From an uncultured Bdellovibrio sp. (GTDB lineage Bacteria; Bdellovibrionota; Bdellovibrionia; Bdellovibrionales; Bdellovibrionaceae): a stretch of 64,000 nucleotides of DNA. The notes beneath the pieces are model-generated. The model did no database searches. It had not been told where the DNA came from and worked only from the letters and a program-made list of their open reading frames with translations. Both the position numbers and the translations under genes were made by a program. Positions 37,681-45,862 of the stretch are shown here, piece after piece (position 1 is the first letter of the stretch; every line of letters starts with the position of its first letter). The stretch is taken from positions 164,986 to 228,985 of the forward strand of contig CAYSKF010000003.1 of the NCBI GenBank assembly GCA_964431515.1. The letters are read 5' to 3'.

Positions 37681-39060
37681 CTAGCGCGTCAAAGTCTTCA
37701 AAGTATCCCAAGCCTTCAGATAGCTAAATGCTTGGTATGCTTGATAATCTGACTTAAAGAGACGCTCACGAGGAGAAAGCTTTTCTTCTTTTTTAGAACC
37801 AATGTCTTTCCACCAAGCCAGGGCACCTTCTTCGGCGTTTTTATTGGCATCTAATTTTTCAGCGGCCTTTTCTTTTTCACTTTTCAAATGCCCTGTAATA
37901 TCGCCTTCTCTAGTGGACTGCGCTTTAATGACGGCTTTAGCAAAAGCTTCAGGATTTACATCTTCGATTTCTATATCTGGATGAATACCTTCAGCTTGAA
38001 TTGACACGCCACTTGGCGTGAAATAGCGAGCGACTGTGAGTTTAAGACCACTGCCATCACCCAGCTTAATAACTGATTGTACGGATCCTTTACCGAATGT
38101 TCTCTGCCCTACAATCAATGCACGCTTATTATCCTGCAAAGCGCCCGATACAATTTCACTCGCACTCGCAGTGTATTCATTCACTAAAATTACAATTGGG
38201 AAGTCTGTGTACGGTCCACGCTTAGTCGCTGTCGCAACTTCTTTTTCATTTTGATTACGGCCAATCGTGCTTACGATAGTTCCTTCCTTAAGAAACATGT
38301 CACTTACTTTGACCGCTTGATCTAAAAGACCACCAGGATTTCGGCGCATATCAATCAACAATCCTGCCATCTTCCCATTGTTGTCTTTAATATGCTTTTC
38401 AATAACTTTTGTTAGATCCTTTGAAGTATTTTCGATGAAGCTCGTGATTTTTACATACGCAAAACCCTCACCAATATCTGTGTACTTAACAGATTTGATT
38501 TTGACGTTTCCGCGCACAACTGTGATATCTCGAGGTTTCTCTTCATTTTCGCGAACTACGCGCAAAATAACTTTTGTTCCCTTTTTCCCGCGCATGAGTT
38601 GCGATGCCTCAACAAGGCTGACTCCTTTTGTGCTATTTCCATCAACGGCAATAACCTTATCACCAGCTTTTATCCCCGCCTCCCATGCAGGAGCATCTTC
38701 AATTGGTGAGATGATCGTCAATATTCCGTTTTGAATCGATATTTCAATACCAAGTCCACCAAACTCTCCACTGGTTTCAGTTTCAAAGTCTTTAAAAATA
38801 TCTGGTGGCATAAAGTTGGTATGTGGGTCTAGCTCTCGAAGCATTCCCTTGATAGCTCCGTACACTAGCTTCTTAGTATTCACTTCTTCTACATAGTACT
38901 GTTGAATTAAATTTAGAACTTTACTGAAATTTTGCAGATCCGCATAGCGCTCTTGTGCAAAAGCACGAACTTGAAAGCCTGTCTCCGCCATAACCAATAA
39001 AGCGAAAATCAGAATGAGGCCAAGGAAATATGTTTTCCAATAGCGTTTAAGTGATTGCAT
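37681..39060 (-). CDS. ctpA: C-terminal processing protease (S41, PDZ)
   Basis: LDPHT, GLGIEI, DMRRNPGG, TASASEI and TFGKGSVQ. Confidence 0.92.
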   Translation of the reverse strand: MQSLKRYWKTYFLGLILIFALLVMAETGFQVRAFAQERYADLQNFSKVLNLIQQYYVEEVNTKKLVYGAIKGMLRELDPHTNFMPPDIFKDFETETSGEFGGLGIEISIQNGILTIISPIEDAPAWEAGIKAGDKVIAVDGNSTKGVSLVEASQLMRGKKGTKVILRVVRENEEKPRDITVVRGNVKIKSVKYTDIGEGFAYVKITSFIENTSKDLTKVIEKHIKDNNGKMAGLLIDMRRNPGGLLDQAVKVSDMFLKEGTIVSTIGRNQNEKEVATATKRGPYTDFPIVILVNEYTASASEIVSGALQDNKRALIVGQRTFGKGSVQSVIKLGDGSGLKLTVARYFTPSGVSIQAEGIHPDIEIEDVNPEAFAKAVIKAQSTREGDITGHLKSEKEKAAEKLDANKNAEEGALAWWKDIGSKKEEKLSPRERLFKSDYQAYQAFSYLKAWDTLKTLTR

Positions 39061-39064
39061 AGTG

Positions 39065-40180
39065 TTAGAGTCCTTTCATCCACTGCTGCGGGTCGTAGGG
39101 TTCGGAAAAATGTCTAATCTCAAAATAGATGCCGTGATTGCGCTCAGCTGCCATCTTGCCAACTGAAGCGATCACGTGATGTTGAAGAACTTCTTCTCCA
39201 ACACTCACTTTAACATTATCTGCGTGGGAATAGACACTATAATAATGATCACCATGATCTAAAATGACTGTCGTACCAAATCCAGGAAGTTCACCAACAT
39301 AAGAAACTCGACCCTCAAACACAGACTTCACTGGTGTGCCTGCTGCTGCTGCGATAAACACACCTTTGTGAGAAATTGTGTAAGGATGATCGTCGCCCTT
39401 AATTAATCCGAACTTCTGGATTACCATCCCCTGCAAAGGAGACGGCAAAGATCCTTTATGATCTGCAAATGAAGGTTTAAATAGGACGTCAAAAAGTCCA
39501 GAATCCTCCATAGAAAACTGCAAGGTCTTTTCTTTCAGGCTGTTGATCTTACTCAATGCGAACATTTTGCTTTTACGAATTCCATCCAAAAGCTTTCCTT
39601 TGACCTCTTGTTCTCGTAAAAATTTCTTTTCCTGAGCGACGATCTTCGACTGCACCTCTTTAAGATTATCGAGACGTGCGGTTAAAGTTTTTCTTTTTTG
39701 CTCCAAGTCTTCCAAGTCTTTTGCATAGTTTTTAATAAGTTCGGCATCTCTAGCCGCTACGATCCCCAAAATTTTCAAATTCGTCTCTAGTGTTGCAGAG
39801 CTCTTTGACGAAAAAACAAACCGGGCCAGAGTATTTCCACCAAGCTTATATATAGCTCGCAATCTTTCAGCCAACATGGCCCTTTGGGTTTTCGTTCTCT
39901 GCTCTGTCTCGTTAATTTTTTGTGTTAAATTTCGAATATTCACTTCCAAAAAAGCTCTCTGCTGAGAATACGCTCCTTTGTCTGTTACAATTTTTTTGAT
40001 TTTTTTATTAATCTGATAGAGTGCTGATAAGACCTGGCGCTGCCTCATCTCGGCAGCCTCAATTTTCTTTTTTGTCGCTTCTACATCTTTTGCAATAACA
40101 TCCACGTCATTGTCGATCGAGGCATTCGCCTCGACTACAAATGAAAGACATAATAGAAAAAAGAGAAGAAGTGCCTTCAA
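39065..40180 (-). CDS. envC: EnvC-like murein hydrolase activator (coiled coil + M23)
   Basis: Signal peptide from TTG 40180, long coiled coil, M23 region (ILDHG, YSH, FEIR); follows ftsX. Confidence 0.8.
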   Translation of the reverse strand: MKALLLFFLLCLSFVVEANASIDNDVDVIAKDVEATKKKIEAAEMRQRQVLSALYQINKKIKKIVTDKGAYSQQRAFLEVNIRNLTQKINETEQRTKTQRAMLAERLRAIYKLGGNTLARFVFSSKSSATLETNLKILGIVAARDAELIKNYAKDLEDLEQKRKTLTARLDNLKEVQSKIVAQEKKFLREQEVKGKLLDGIRKSKMFALSKINSLKEKTLQFSMEDSGLFDVLFKPSFADHKGSLPSPLQGMVIQKFGLIKGDDHPYTISHKGVFIAAAAGTPVKSVFEGRVSYVGELPGFGTTVILDHGDHYYSVYSHADNVKVSVGEEVLQHHVIASVGKMAAERNHGIYFEIRHFSEPYDPQQWMKGL

Positions 40181-40181
40181 A

Positions 40182-41078
40182 TTACGCCCCTTGCGCCCCG
40201 GCAAAACCATCATTGATCCGGCGTACACATAAATAGGATGCCAAAGCACCAAGTAAAGCACCACCAACGATAAAGAGGATGACCATAAGTGGATTCAAAA
40301 AACTTAAGTGCTCACCCAGCTGGACAAAACTGATTCTTTCAATGATCAAATTTTTCAACCCGTGAAATACACCCAAGCAAATCAGAACTGCCAAGACTGC
40401 AGACGTAAATCCAAGAAATGCTCCGTCAATAAGAAAGGGCTTACGAATCATCGCAGGCGTTGCACCTATCATCTCAAGTACAACAATTTCTTCTTTTCTG
40501 TTATGGATGGAAGCTCGCACGACATTTGAGATCACAAAGAGGGCCGCCATCAAAATGACGATACCTAAAAGATTCAGAGTCTTTTCCACAACTCCAACAA
40601 AGGCCGAATACTTTGCAATCCACTCTTGCCCGTAGCTGACATCATCGACACCCTCAAGCTCCTTCACCATCAACGCCAGTTGCTGTAAAACTTGAGACTG
40701 CTCTGCAGGCTGTATATCCTTTGAAAGGCTGACTTGCAGACTTGCGGGAATGAGACGCATCAACTCTTCATCTTTGGTGATATCAGGTGCATAGCTTGCC
40801 AATTGCATACGAAAATCAGTCAGGGCACTTTCTTGATTAATAAACTTGATAGTGCTCACTTTTCCGGAGTTTTTTAATTTCTTTTCAATGCCCTCTCGCC
40901 CCACGCTGGAGATGTCTGGATCTAAATAGACTGTCATCTGCATATCCTCACCCCAAAGAGTCAGGATATTCTTAAAATTCTGCGATATTAAAAGCGCCGC
41001 TCCCATCACCACAAAACAGGCTGTGACGACAACGAGGGTAGAAATTTTGAGGGCAATTTGACTAGGACGAGGTCTCAT
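40182..41078 (-). CDS. ftsX: Cell division permease FtsX
   Basis: Four-TM layout, EIVVLEMIGAT...IRKPFL. Confidence 0.9.
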   Translation of the reverse strand: MRPRPSQIALKISTLVVVTACFVVMGAALLISQNFKNILTLWGEDMQMTVYLDPDISSVGREGIEKKLKNSGKVSTIKFINQESALTDFRMQLASYAPDITKDEELMRLIPASLQVSLSKDIQPAEQSQVLQQLALMVKELEGVDDVSYGQEWIAKYSAFVGVVEKTLNLLGIVILMAALFVISNVVRASIHNRKEEIVVLEMIGATPAMIRKPFLIDGAFLGFTSAVLAVLICLGVFHGLKNLIIERISFVQLGEHLSFLNPLMVILFIVGGALLGALASYLCVRRINDGFAGAQGA

Positions 41079-41737
41079 TTTTTATCCCCAACAATCATTC
41101 CGTCGACCAATTCAAGTGTGCGTTTACGGCGTCTTTGCACCATTTCGTGATCATGTGTTGCAACGAAAACCGTCGTGCCCTGAGCACAAACCCTTTCCAG
41201 CAAATCCATAATTTCTTCACTGAGGCGTGGATCCAAATTCCCCGTGGGCTCATCGGCAATGAGGACACCCGGTTGATGTATAATGGCGCGAGCAATGGCA
41301 GTCCTCTGTTGCTCTCCACCAGATATAAATTCGGGATATTGATCGTGTTTATGCTCTAAACCAACTTGCTCAAGAACTTCATAAACTCTTTTTTGAATCT
41401 GCGCGGGTCTATCACCGCGCACGATCAACGGCATCGCTACGTTTTCATAAATAGTTCTATCTTTCAGTAGTTTGAAATCTTGAAAGATAACCCCAATCTT
41501 TCTGCGAAAGTACGGTATTTGATTTTCATTTAAAGAGATCAGCTGATGTCCTGCCACTTTGACATCACCAGAAGTTGCGACGTCATAGGCGGAAATCATT
41601 TTGAATAATGTCGTTTTACCAGCGCCACTAGGCCCCGTAAGGAAAACAAATTCACCCTTGTCGATTCGCAAATCAACATTCTTGAGTGCATGCACCGGAC
41701 CAGGATATGTCTTATAGACGTGTGAAAATTCGATCAT
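41075..41737 (-). CDS. ftsE: Cell division ATP-binding protein FtsE
   Basis: GPSGAGKT, FQDFKLL, SGGEQQR and DEPTGNLD. Confidence 0.95.
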   Translation of the reverse strand: MIEFSHVYKTYPGPVHALKNVDLRIDKGEFVFLTGPSGAGKTTLFKMISAYDVATSGDVKVAGHQLISLNENQIPYFRRKIGVIFQDFKLLKDRTIYENVAMPLIVRGDRPAQIQKRVYEVLEQVGLEHKHDQYPEFISGGEQQRTAIARAIIHQPGVLIADEPTGNLDPRLSEEIMDLLERVCAQGTTVFVATHDHEMVQRRRKRTLELVDGMIVGDKK

Positions 41738-41819
41738 TCCTCTATCTTAAGGAAGAGGAGTGCAGATGAATACTCGCCTCAGGTCGAGGTTTTCAGATAA
41801 ATATCATTTTTTAGAAAAT

Positions 41820-42074
41820 CTAAGGAGAACCACCCGCCATTAGCGTATCAATAATTGTTGAATGCTGACGTCGAAGAGCTAATTTTATAGCTTCTGTTGA
41901 TTGACTAGACCCCAAGCGAAGAACTGTATCGTAAGGAGTCTTAATCGTCTTTAACACAGCACCATTACAAAAAATACGACTCACAAGATAAGGATTCTGC
42001 ACACCCCAATCTTCTGTTTGTATGTGATATTTTTGTCCGCGAACAGTGATGTCTGAATTAAAACCTTTTTGCAC
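41820..42074 (-). CDS. Small conserved hypothetical protein (84 aa)
   Basis: GFNSDI...YHIQTED...QH motif, which I recall from deltaproteobacterial proteins; GAGG RBS. Confidence 0.7.
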   Translation of the reverse strand: MQKGFNSDITVRGQKYHIQTEDWGVQNPYLVSRIFCNGAVLKTIKTPYDTVLRLGSSQSTEAIKLALRRQHSTIIDTLMAGGSP

Positions 42075-42190
42075 GACTCAAAACCTCAATAACAAAACTA
42101 GCAGAAAAACATCTCATTCACATCAACTTTTTACTGGACTCGTCGGTATTTTTCTTCAGAATAAACTCGTGTTTAAGAAGAGGAGATCTT

Positions 42191-42907
42191 GTGAAATTAG
42201 TTAAGTTTATTTTATCTGTGACGTCAGTTTTATTTTTCTACAATACATCGATTGCAGCAACGGCTATATCTGGTGAAGCAGAAGCTGGGCTTATCACCGT
42301 CAGTGGTGCCAACGAATCCGAAAGCTATAACGCCAAAACAAAAGCGACCTACACTCAAGAAGCAAATATCTATACAGCTGCGGGTCGTTATCTTCGCACA
42401 ACTTCAAGCGGGGTTGAAAGTGCTAAAAACTGGGAAGCTGGATTGCGCTACGAGCGCTCTCTTTACGAACACTTCGGAGTCTTTGTCGGGCAAAAAGCTG
42501 AAAGTGACGTGTTCAACGGATATATTCAAAGGGATTCGACAGATGCCGGTTTGAAATATACATTTATTAAAGAAGAAAAAATGACCTGGTTTGCAGAGGC
42601 CGGTTATCGATATCAAACTGTTCTACCAACCGCTGGTGATCTTACACACGGCAATTTAGGTCGTCTCTATACCGAGGTCAGCAAATCTCTTGAAAGCAAT
42701 TTGACGTTTAAATATTGGGCGGAATTTTTACCCAATTTTTCAAACACAGATGCTTACCTAGCCAACACAGAAGCCTCTGCCAATGTCATGATCAACTCTA
42801 TATTCTCTCTCAAGTTTGCCTACCTTCTGCAATACCAAAACCAACCAGTCGTGGTCGGCAAATACACAACTTCAACAACAACAATAAATCTACTCGCTAA
42901 ATTCTGA
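42191..42907 (+). CDS. DUF481/YdiY-like outer-membrane beta-barrel
   Basis: Signal peptide, alternating beta strands, C-terminal Phe. Confidence 0.8.
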   Translation: MKLVKFILSVTSVLFFYNTSIAATAISGEAEAGLITVSGANESESYNAKTKATYTQEANIYTAAGRYLRTTSSGVESAKNWEAGLRYERSLYEHFGVFVGQKAESDVFNGYIQRDSTDAGLKYTFIKEEKMTWFAEAGYRYQTVLPTAGDLTHGNLGRLYTEVSKSLESNLTFKYWAEFLPNFSNTDAYLANTEASANVMINSIFSLKFAYLLQYQNQPVVVGKYTTSTTTINLLAKF

Positions 42908-42937
42908 AGGTACGCCGTACCTTTTTGCATTGCTGTG
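42903..42937 (-). repeat. REP-like palindromic element, copy 1
   Basis: Reverse complement matches 54970-55004 at 33/35; core AAGGTACG-N-CGTACCTT. Confidence 0.85.
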
Positions 42938-42961
42938 TGACATAAATAAAGGGGGTTCAAA

Positions 42962-43390
42962 ATGTTCAAAGAATTTAAAGCCTTTGTGATGAGAGGAAAT
43001 GTTCTAGATCTTGCCGTGGGGATCATCATTGGGGCCGCCTTCGGAAAAATCGTTTCTTCATTCGTAACCGATATCCTGACTCCTGTAATTGGACTGGGAC
43101 TTGGCAAAGTAGATTTTTCGAATCTTTTTTTGGCTCTGAACGGAGAGTCTTTTGCCACCCTGGATGCTGCTAAAAAGGCAGGTGTCGCAACTCTGAACTA
43201 CGGTTTATTTTTAAATGCAGTGATTGATTTTATCATCGTCGCATTTGCCATTTTCATGATTGTTCGGTTGGCGAATAGACTTAAAACAGCCGAGGCCCCT
43301 GCCCCAGTTAATACGAAAGAATGTCCTGAATGCCTTTCCACAGTGCCACTTAAAGCGCGTAAATGTGCGCACTGTGGAAGTTCAATTTAG
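42962..43390 (+). CDS. mscL: Large-conductance mechanosensitive channel with a C-terminal zinc ribbon
   Basis: [26 protein letters not shown]; tail CPEC...CAHC. Confidence 0.93.
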   Translation: MFKEFKAFVMRGNVLDLAVGIIIGAAFGKIVSSFVTDILTPVIGLGLGKVDFSNLFLALNGESFATLDAAKKAGVATLNYGLFLNAVIDFIIVAFAIFMIVRLANRLKTAEAPAPVNTKECPECLSTVPLKARKCAHCGSSI

Positions 43391-43415
43391 ATCCTACTTA
43401 CTGAGGGTCATCAAA

Positions 43416-43447
43416 CGAAGAGCGTCACCGGATCGGCACGCTCTTCG
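43416..43447. terminator. Hairpin between the convergent mscL and GST genes
   Basis: 10-bp stem CGAAGAGCGT/ACGCTCTTCG. Confidence 0.5.
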
Positions 43448-43460
43448 AAGGTTCCTCACT

Positions 43461-44069
43461 TTAGTGCATTTCACGGTATTTACGGAATGCAGGACGAGTG
43501 CTGATTTTCTCCATCCAGCCAAGAATGGCTTTGTACGGAGTCAGATCAAATTGAATGTGCATAGCAATGCCAACAACTGTTGCCATATTAATATCAGCAA
43601 CTGTGTACTTTCCACCGACCAAGTAGTCTTTGCCAGTTAGAGCTTGATCTAAAATCTTAAGAAGACCTGGAATTTTACCTTGAGCTTTTTCAATGAGCTT
43701 GTGGTCTCTTTTGTCTTCCGGAACAAACACTTTTTGAATCAAAATATCTACCATTGGTGGTTGAAGCTCTGTCATTGCCCAAACACTCCATTGTGATACA
43801 TGACCTTTTTCTTGCGGAGTAGTTCCCAACATTTCTGGTTTATGTTTTTCTGCAAGATACTGATTAATTGCGATAGATTCCCAGATCACAAAATCATTGT
43901 CCTTCAGGCAAGGGATTTTCCCATTAGGATTGATCGCTAGAAAGGCTGGGGACTTATGCTCTCCTTTTTGCATATCAAGGGGCATTCTCTTATACTCAAC
44001 TCCCAACTCTTCAAGCATTAAATAAACTCTTCCTGCACTAGAATGTGGTGAGCCATAAATTTCAATCAT
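43461..44069 (-). CDS. Glutathione S-transferase
   Basis: INPNGKIPCL, WESIAINQYL and YTVADI; start 44069 with GGAGG RBS. Confidence 0.93.
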   Translation of the reverse strand: MIEIYGSPHSSAGRVYLMLEELGVEYKRMPLDMQKGEHKSPAFLAINPNGKIPCLKDNDFVIWESIAINQYLAEKHKPEMLGTTPQEKGHVSQWSVWAMTELQPPMVDILIQKVFVPEDKRDHKLIEKAQGKIPGLLKILDQALTGKDYLVGGKYTVADINMATVVGIAMHIQFDLTPYKAILGWMEKISTRPAFRKYREMH

Positions 44070-44228
44070 TTCAGACCTCCAAAAGACCAACGTAATTCGC
44101 AAACTGCGGACCTGCAAGGGGCGGCGTATCTTGGAATGGTGCGAGCAAACCAGCAGGCAATGAGGTTGAAATATAAAGAGAAATTCTCACGCCATTCTAA
44201 CAATCTAAAAACGTCTCAGTTTAAGATG

Positions 44229-44272
44229 TAAATATTTTTTCATAAATGCCGATAAGTGGCACTCGACTTGCA
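44229..44272 (+). promoter_or_regulatory. Adjacent sigma28 and sigma54 promoters
   Basis: TAAA-N15-GCCGATAA (44229-44255) and TGGCAC-TCGAC-TTGCA (44257-44272), both consensus. Confidence 0.8.
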
Positions 44273-44302
44273 CAATCATCTAGATATCCTGGAGGAGATC
44301 GA

Positions 44303-45736
44303 ATGAAAAAGAATTGGGACAATAAAGAAAAAGCAGTTGTCAAAATTTTGATCAACACATTCACTTCGGTGTGTTTTATTCTTCCGGGAGTTGGACTCGC
44401 ACAAACTCCAACCATTAATACACAAGCAGCCTTAACTCGGGATGATCTAAAAGCCCTGCAGGACCAACAAGATCAGACCAGACTTTGCAACGATGCAAAA
44501 AGCAAATACGACCAAGCTCAGGTTAAAATTGGAGAGGCCTGTAAAAAAGCTGGCCACGACCAGAAGACCTGCCTATCGCAAGCTAAATCCTGTGGCGAAG
44601 CAGCTGAAGAAAGCACCTTTAGCACAGTAGATGCTTTTACTCCCTTGCTTGGTATCCCTCAAGGCACTATCGGAGGTCTCGGAAAAGCATGCCCTCAATA
44701 CAATGGGCGAGACTATTTTGCTGAGAAAGATAAAATATTAAAAGAAATAAAAGACAACGAGAAGGAGTTGGCTGAGCTCAACGATGACAAAGCCAAACTG
44801 CAAGACGAATACAACAAAGAAATGCAAGAGCTGCAAGAAGCATTGACCAAAGCACAAGAAGATCTAAAAAAGAAGAATCTCGAACTTGAGCAGGAAGACC
44901 GCGAGAGAGTTGCCGGTTTTCAACAAAGTCAGAATGAAGCAAAAGAACAGTTGCGTAAAACAGGCTTAGACTTGCTACGCTTAAGAGGAGAACTGGTTAA
45001 ATCTCAGCGAAACAAGGCCAAGGCTATGGCAGAACTGACCGAAGAAACCATTCGTGGTGCATGCATGGCTGAAGTCGAAAAGATGAAACAATCCTACGCA
45101 ACGGCACCAAAGAAAAAAAATGCGAATATCTTCCGTGATACTAAAGAAAAAAACAAAGCCATCACGAATAGATACAATGCGTGTTTGGAAAAGTTTAACC
45201 AAGCCAAAATGGAAGTTAACGAGGCTACACAAACAGAACAGGAGAGATTAAATAAAGAAATTGCAAACACTCAAGATAAGATGGATGAGATTCAAAATTC
45301 ATTAAATCTTGCAGCATCTCAACTTGAAGAAATAAAACAGGCAACGGCAAAAGCGAAGAATGATGCTTTGCAAAGTGTGATTGATCTCGGCACTCTGACT
45401 CAACAAAAGATGCAAGCGGCTTACGTTAAACTACAAGAAAATCTAAAAACGTTAGCAGCCAAAACTGCGAGCTTACAAGCAGCTTTGAATAGAGCGAATA
45501 TGTCTTTGATGAGCCTAGGTCCAGTTCCAAAACGAGGTGCAGAACTCACGATTTCAGAAGCTTCTTCAGATATCGATGCACAGGTTGGCATTCTGCAAAA
45601 CATTGCAAATGATGGCTATATTCAAACAAATTGCCCTGGAGTTGCTGCAAGTGCGGGTAGCAAAGTAGAAGAAATTACTGGAAGTCGCACAAAGGGATCT
45701 AAAGGTTCTGATAGAAATGCAAGAGGCAAACAATAA
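44303..45736 (+). CDS. Exported long coiled-coil hypothetical protein
   Basis: ATG 44303 with GGAGGAG RBS; signal-like segment ending GLA-Q; roughly 300 aa of heptad-rich helix; several Cys. Confidence 0.8.
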   Translation: MKKNWDNKEKAVVKILINTFTSVCFILPGVGLAQTPTINTQAALTRDDLKALQDQQDQTRLCNDAKSKYDQAQVKIGEACKKAGHDQKTCLSQAKSCGEAAEESTFSTVDAFTPLLGIPQGTIGGLGKACPQYNGRDYFAEKDKILKEIKDNEKELAELNDDKAKLQDEYNKEMQELQEALTKAQEDLKKKNLELEQEDRERVAGFQQSQNEAKEQLRKTGLDLLRLRGELVKSQRNKAKAMAELTEETIRGACMAEVEKMKQSYATAPKKKNANIFRDTKEKNKAITNRYNACLEKFNQAKMEVNEATQTEQERLNKEIANTQDKMDEIQNSLNLAASQLEEIKQATAKAKNDALQSVIDLGTLTQQKMQAAYVKLQENLKTLAAKTASLQAALNRANMSLMSLGPVPKRGAELTISEASSDIDAQVGILQNIANDGYIQTNCPGVAASAGSKVEEITGSRTKGSKGSDRNARGKQ

Positions 45737-45862
45737 AGAGGCTTTCATAATCTTTGGGCCACAGTTTACAATGTGGCCTCAAAACCAGCCTTCAGACCAG
45801 TGTCCCTAGACCTAACCTTACCACACTGATACGATGGGCTCTTGTATAAGGAGCCCCTTACA

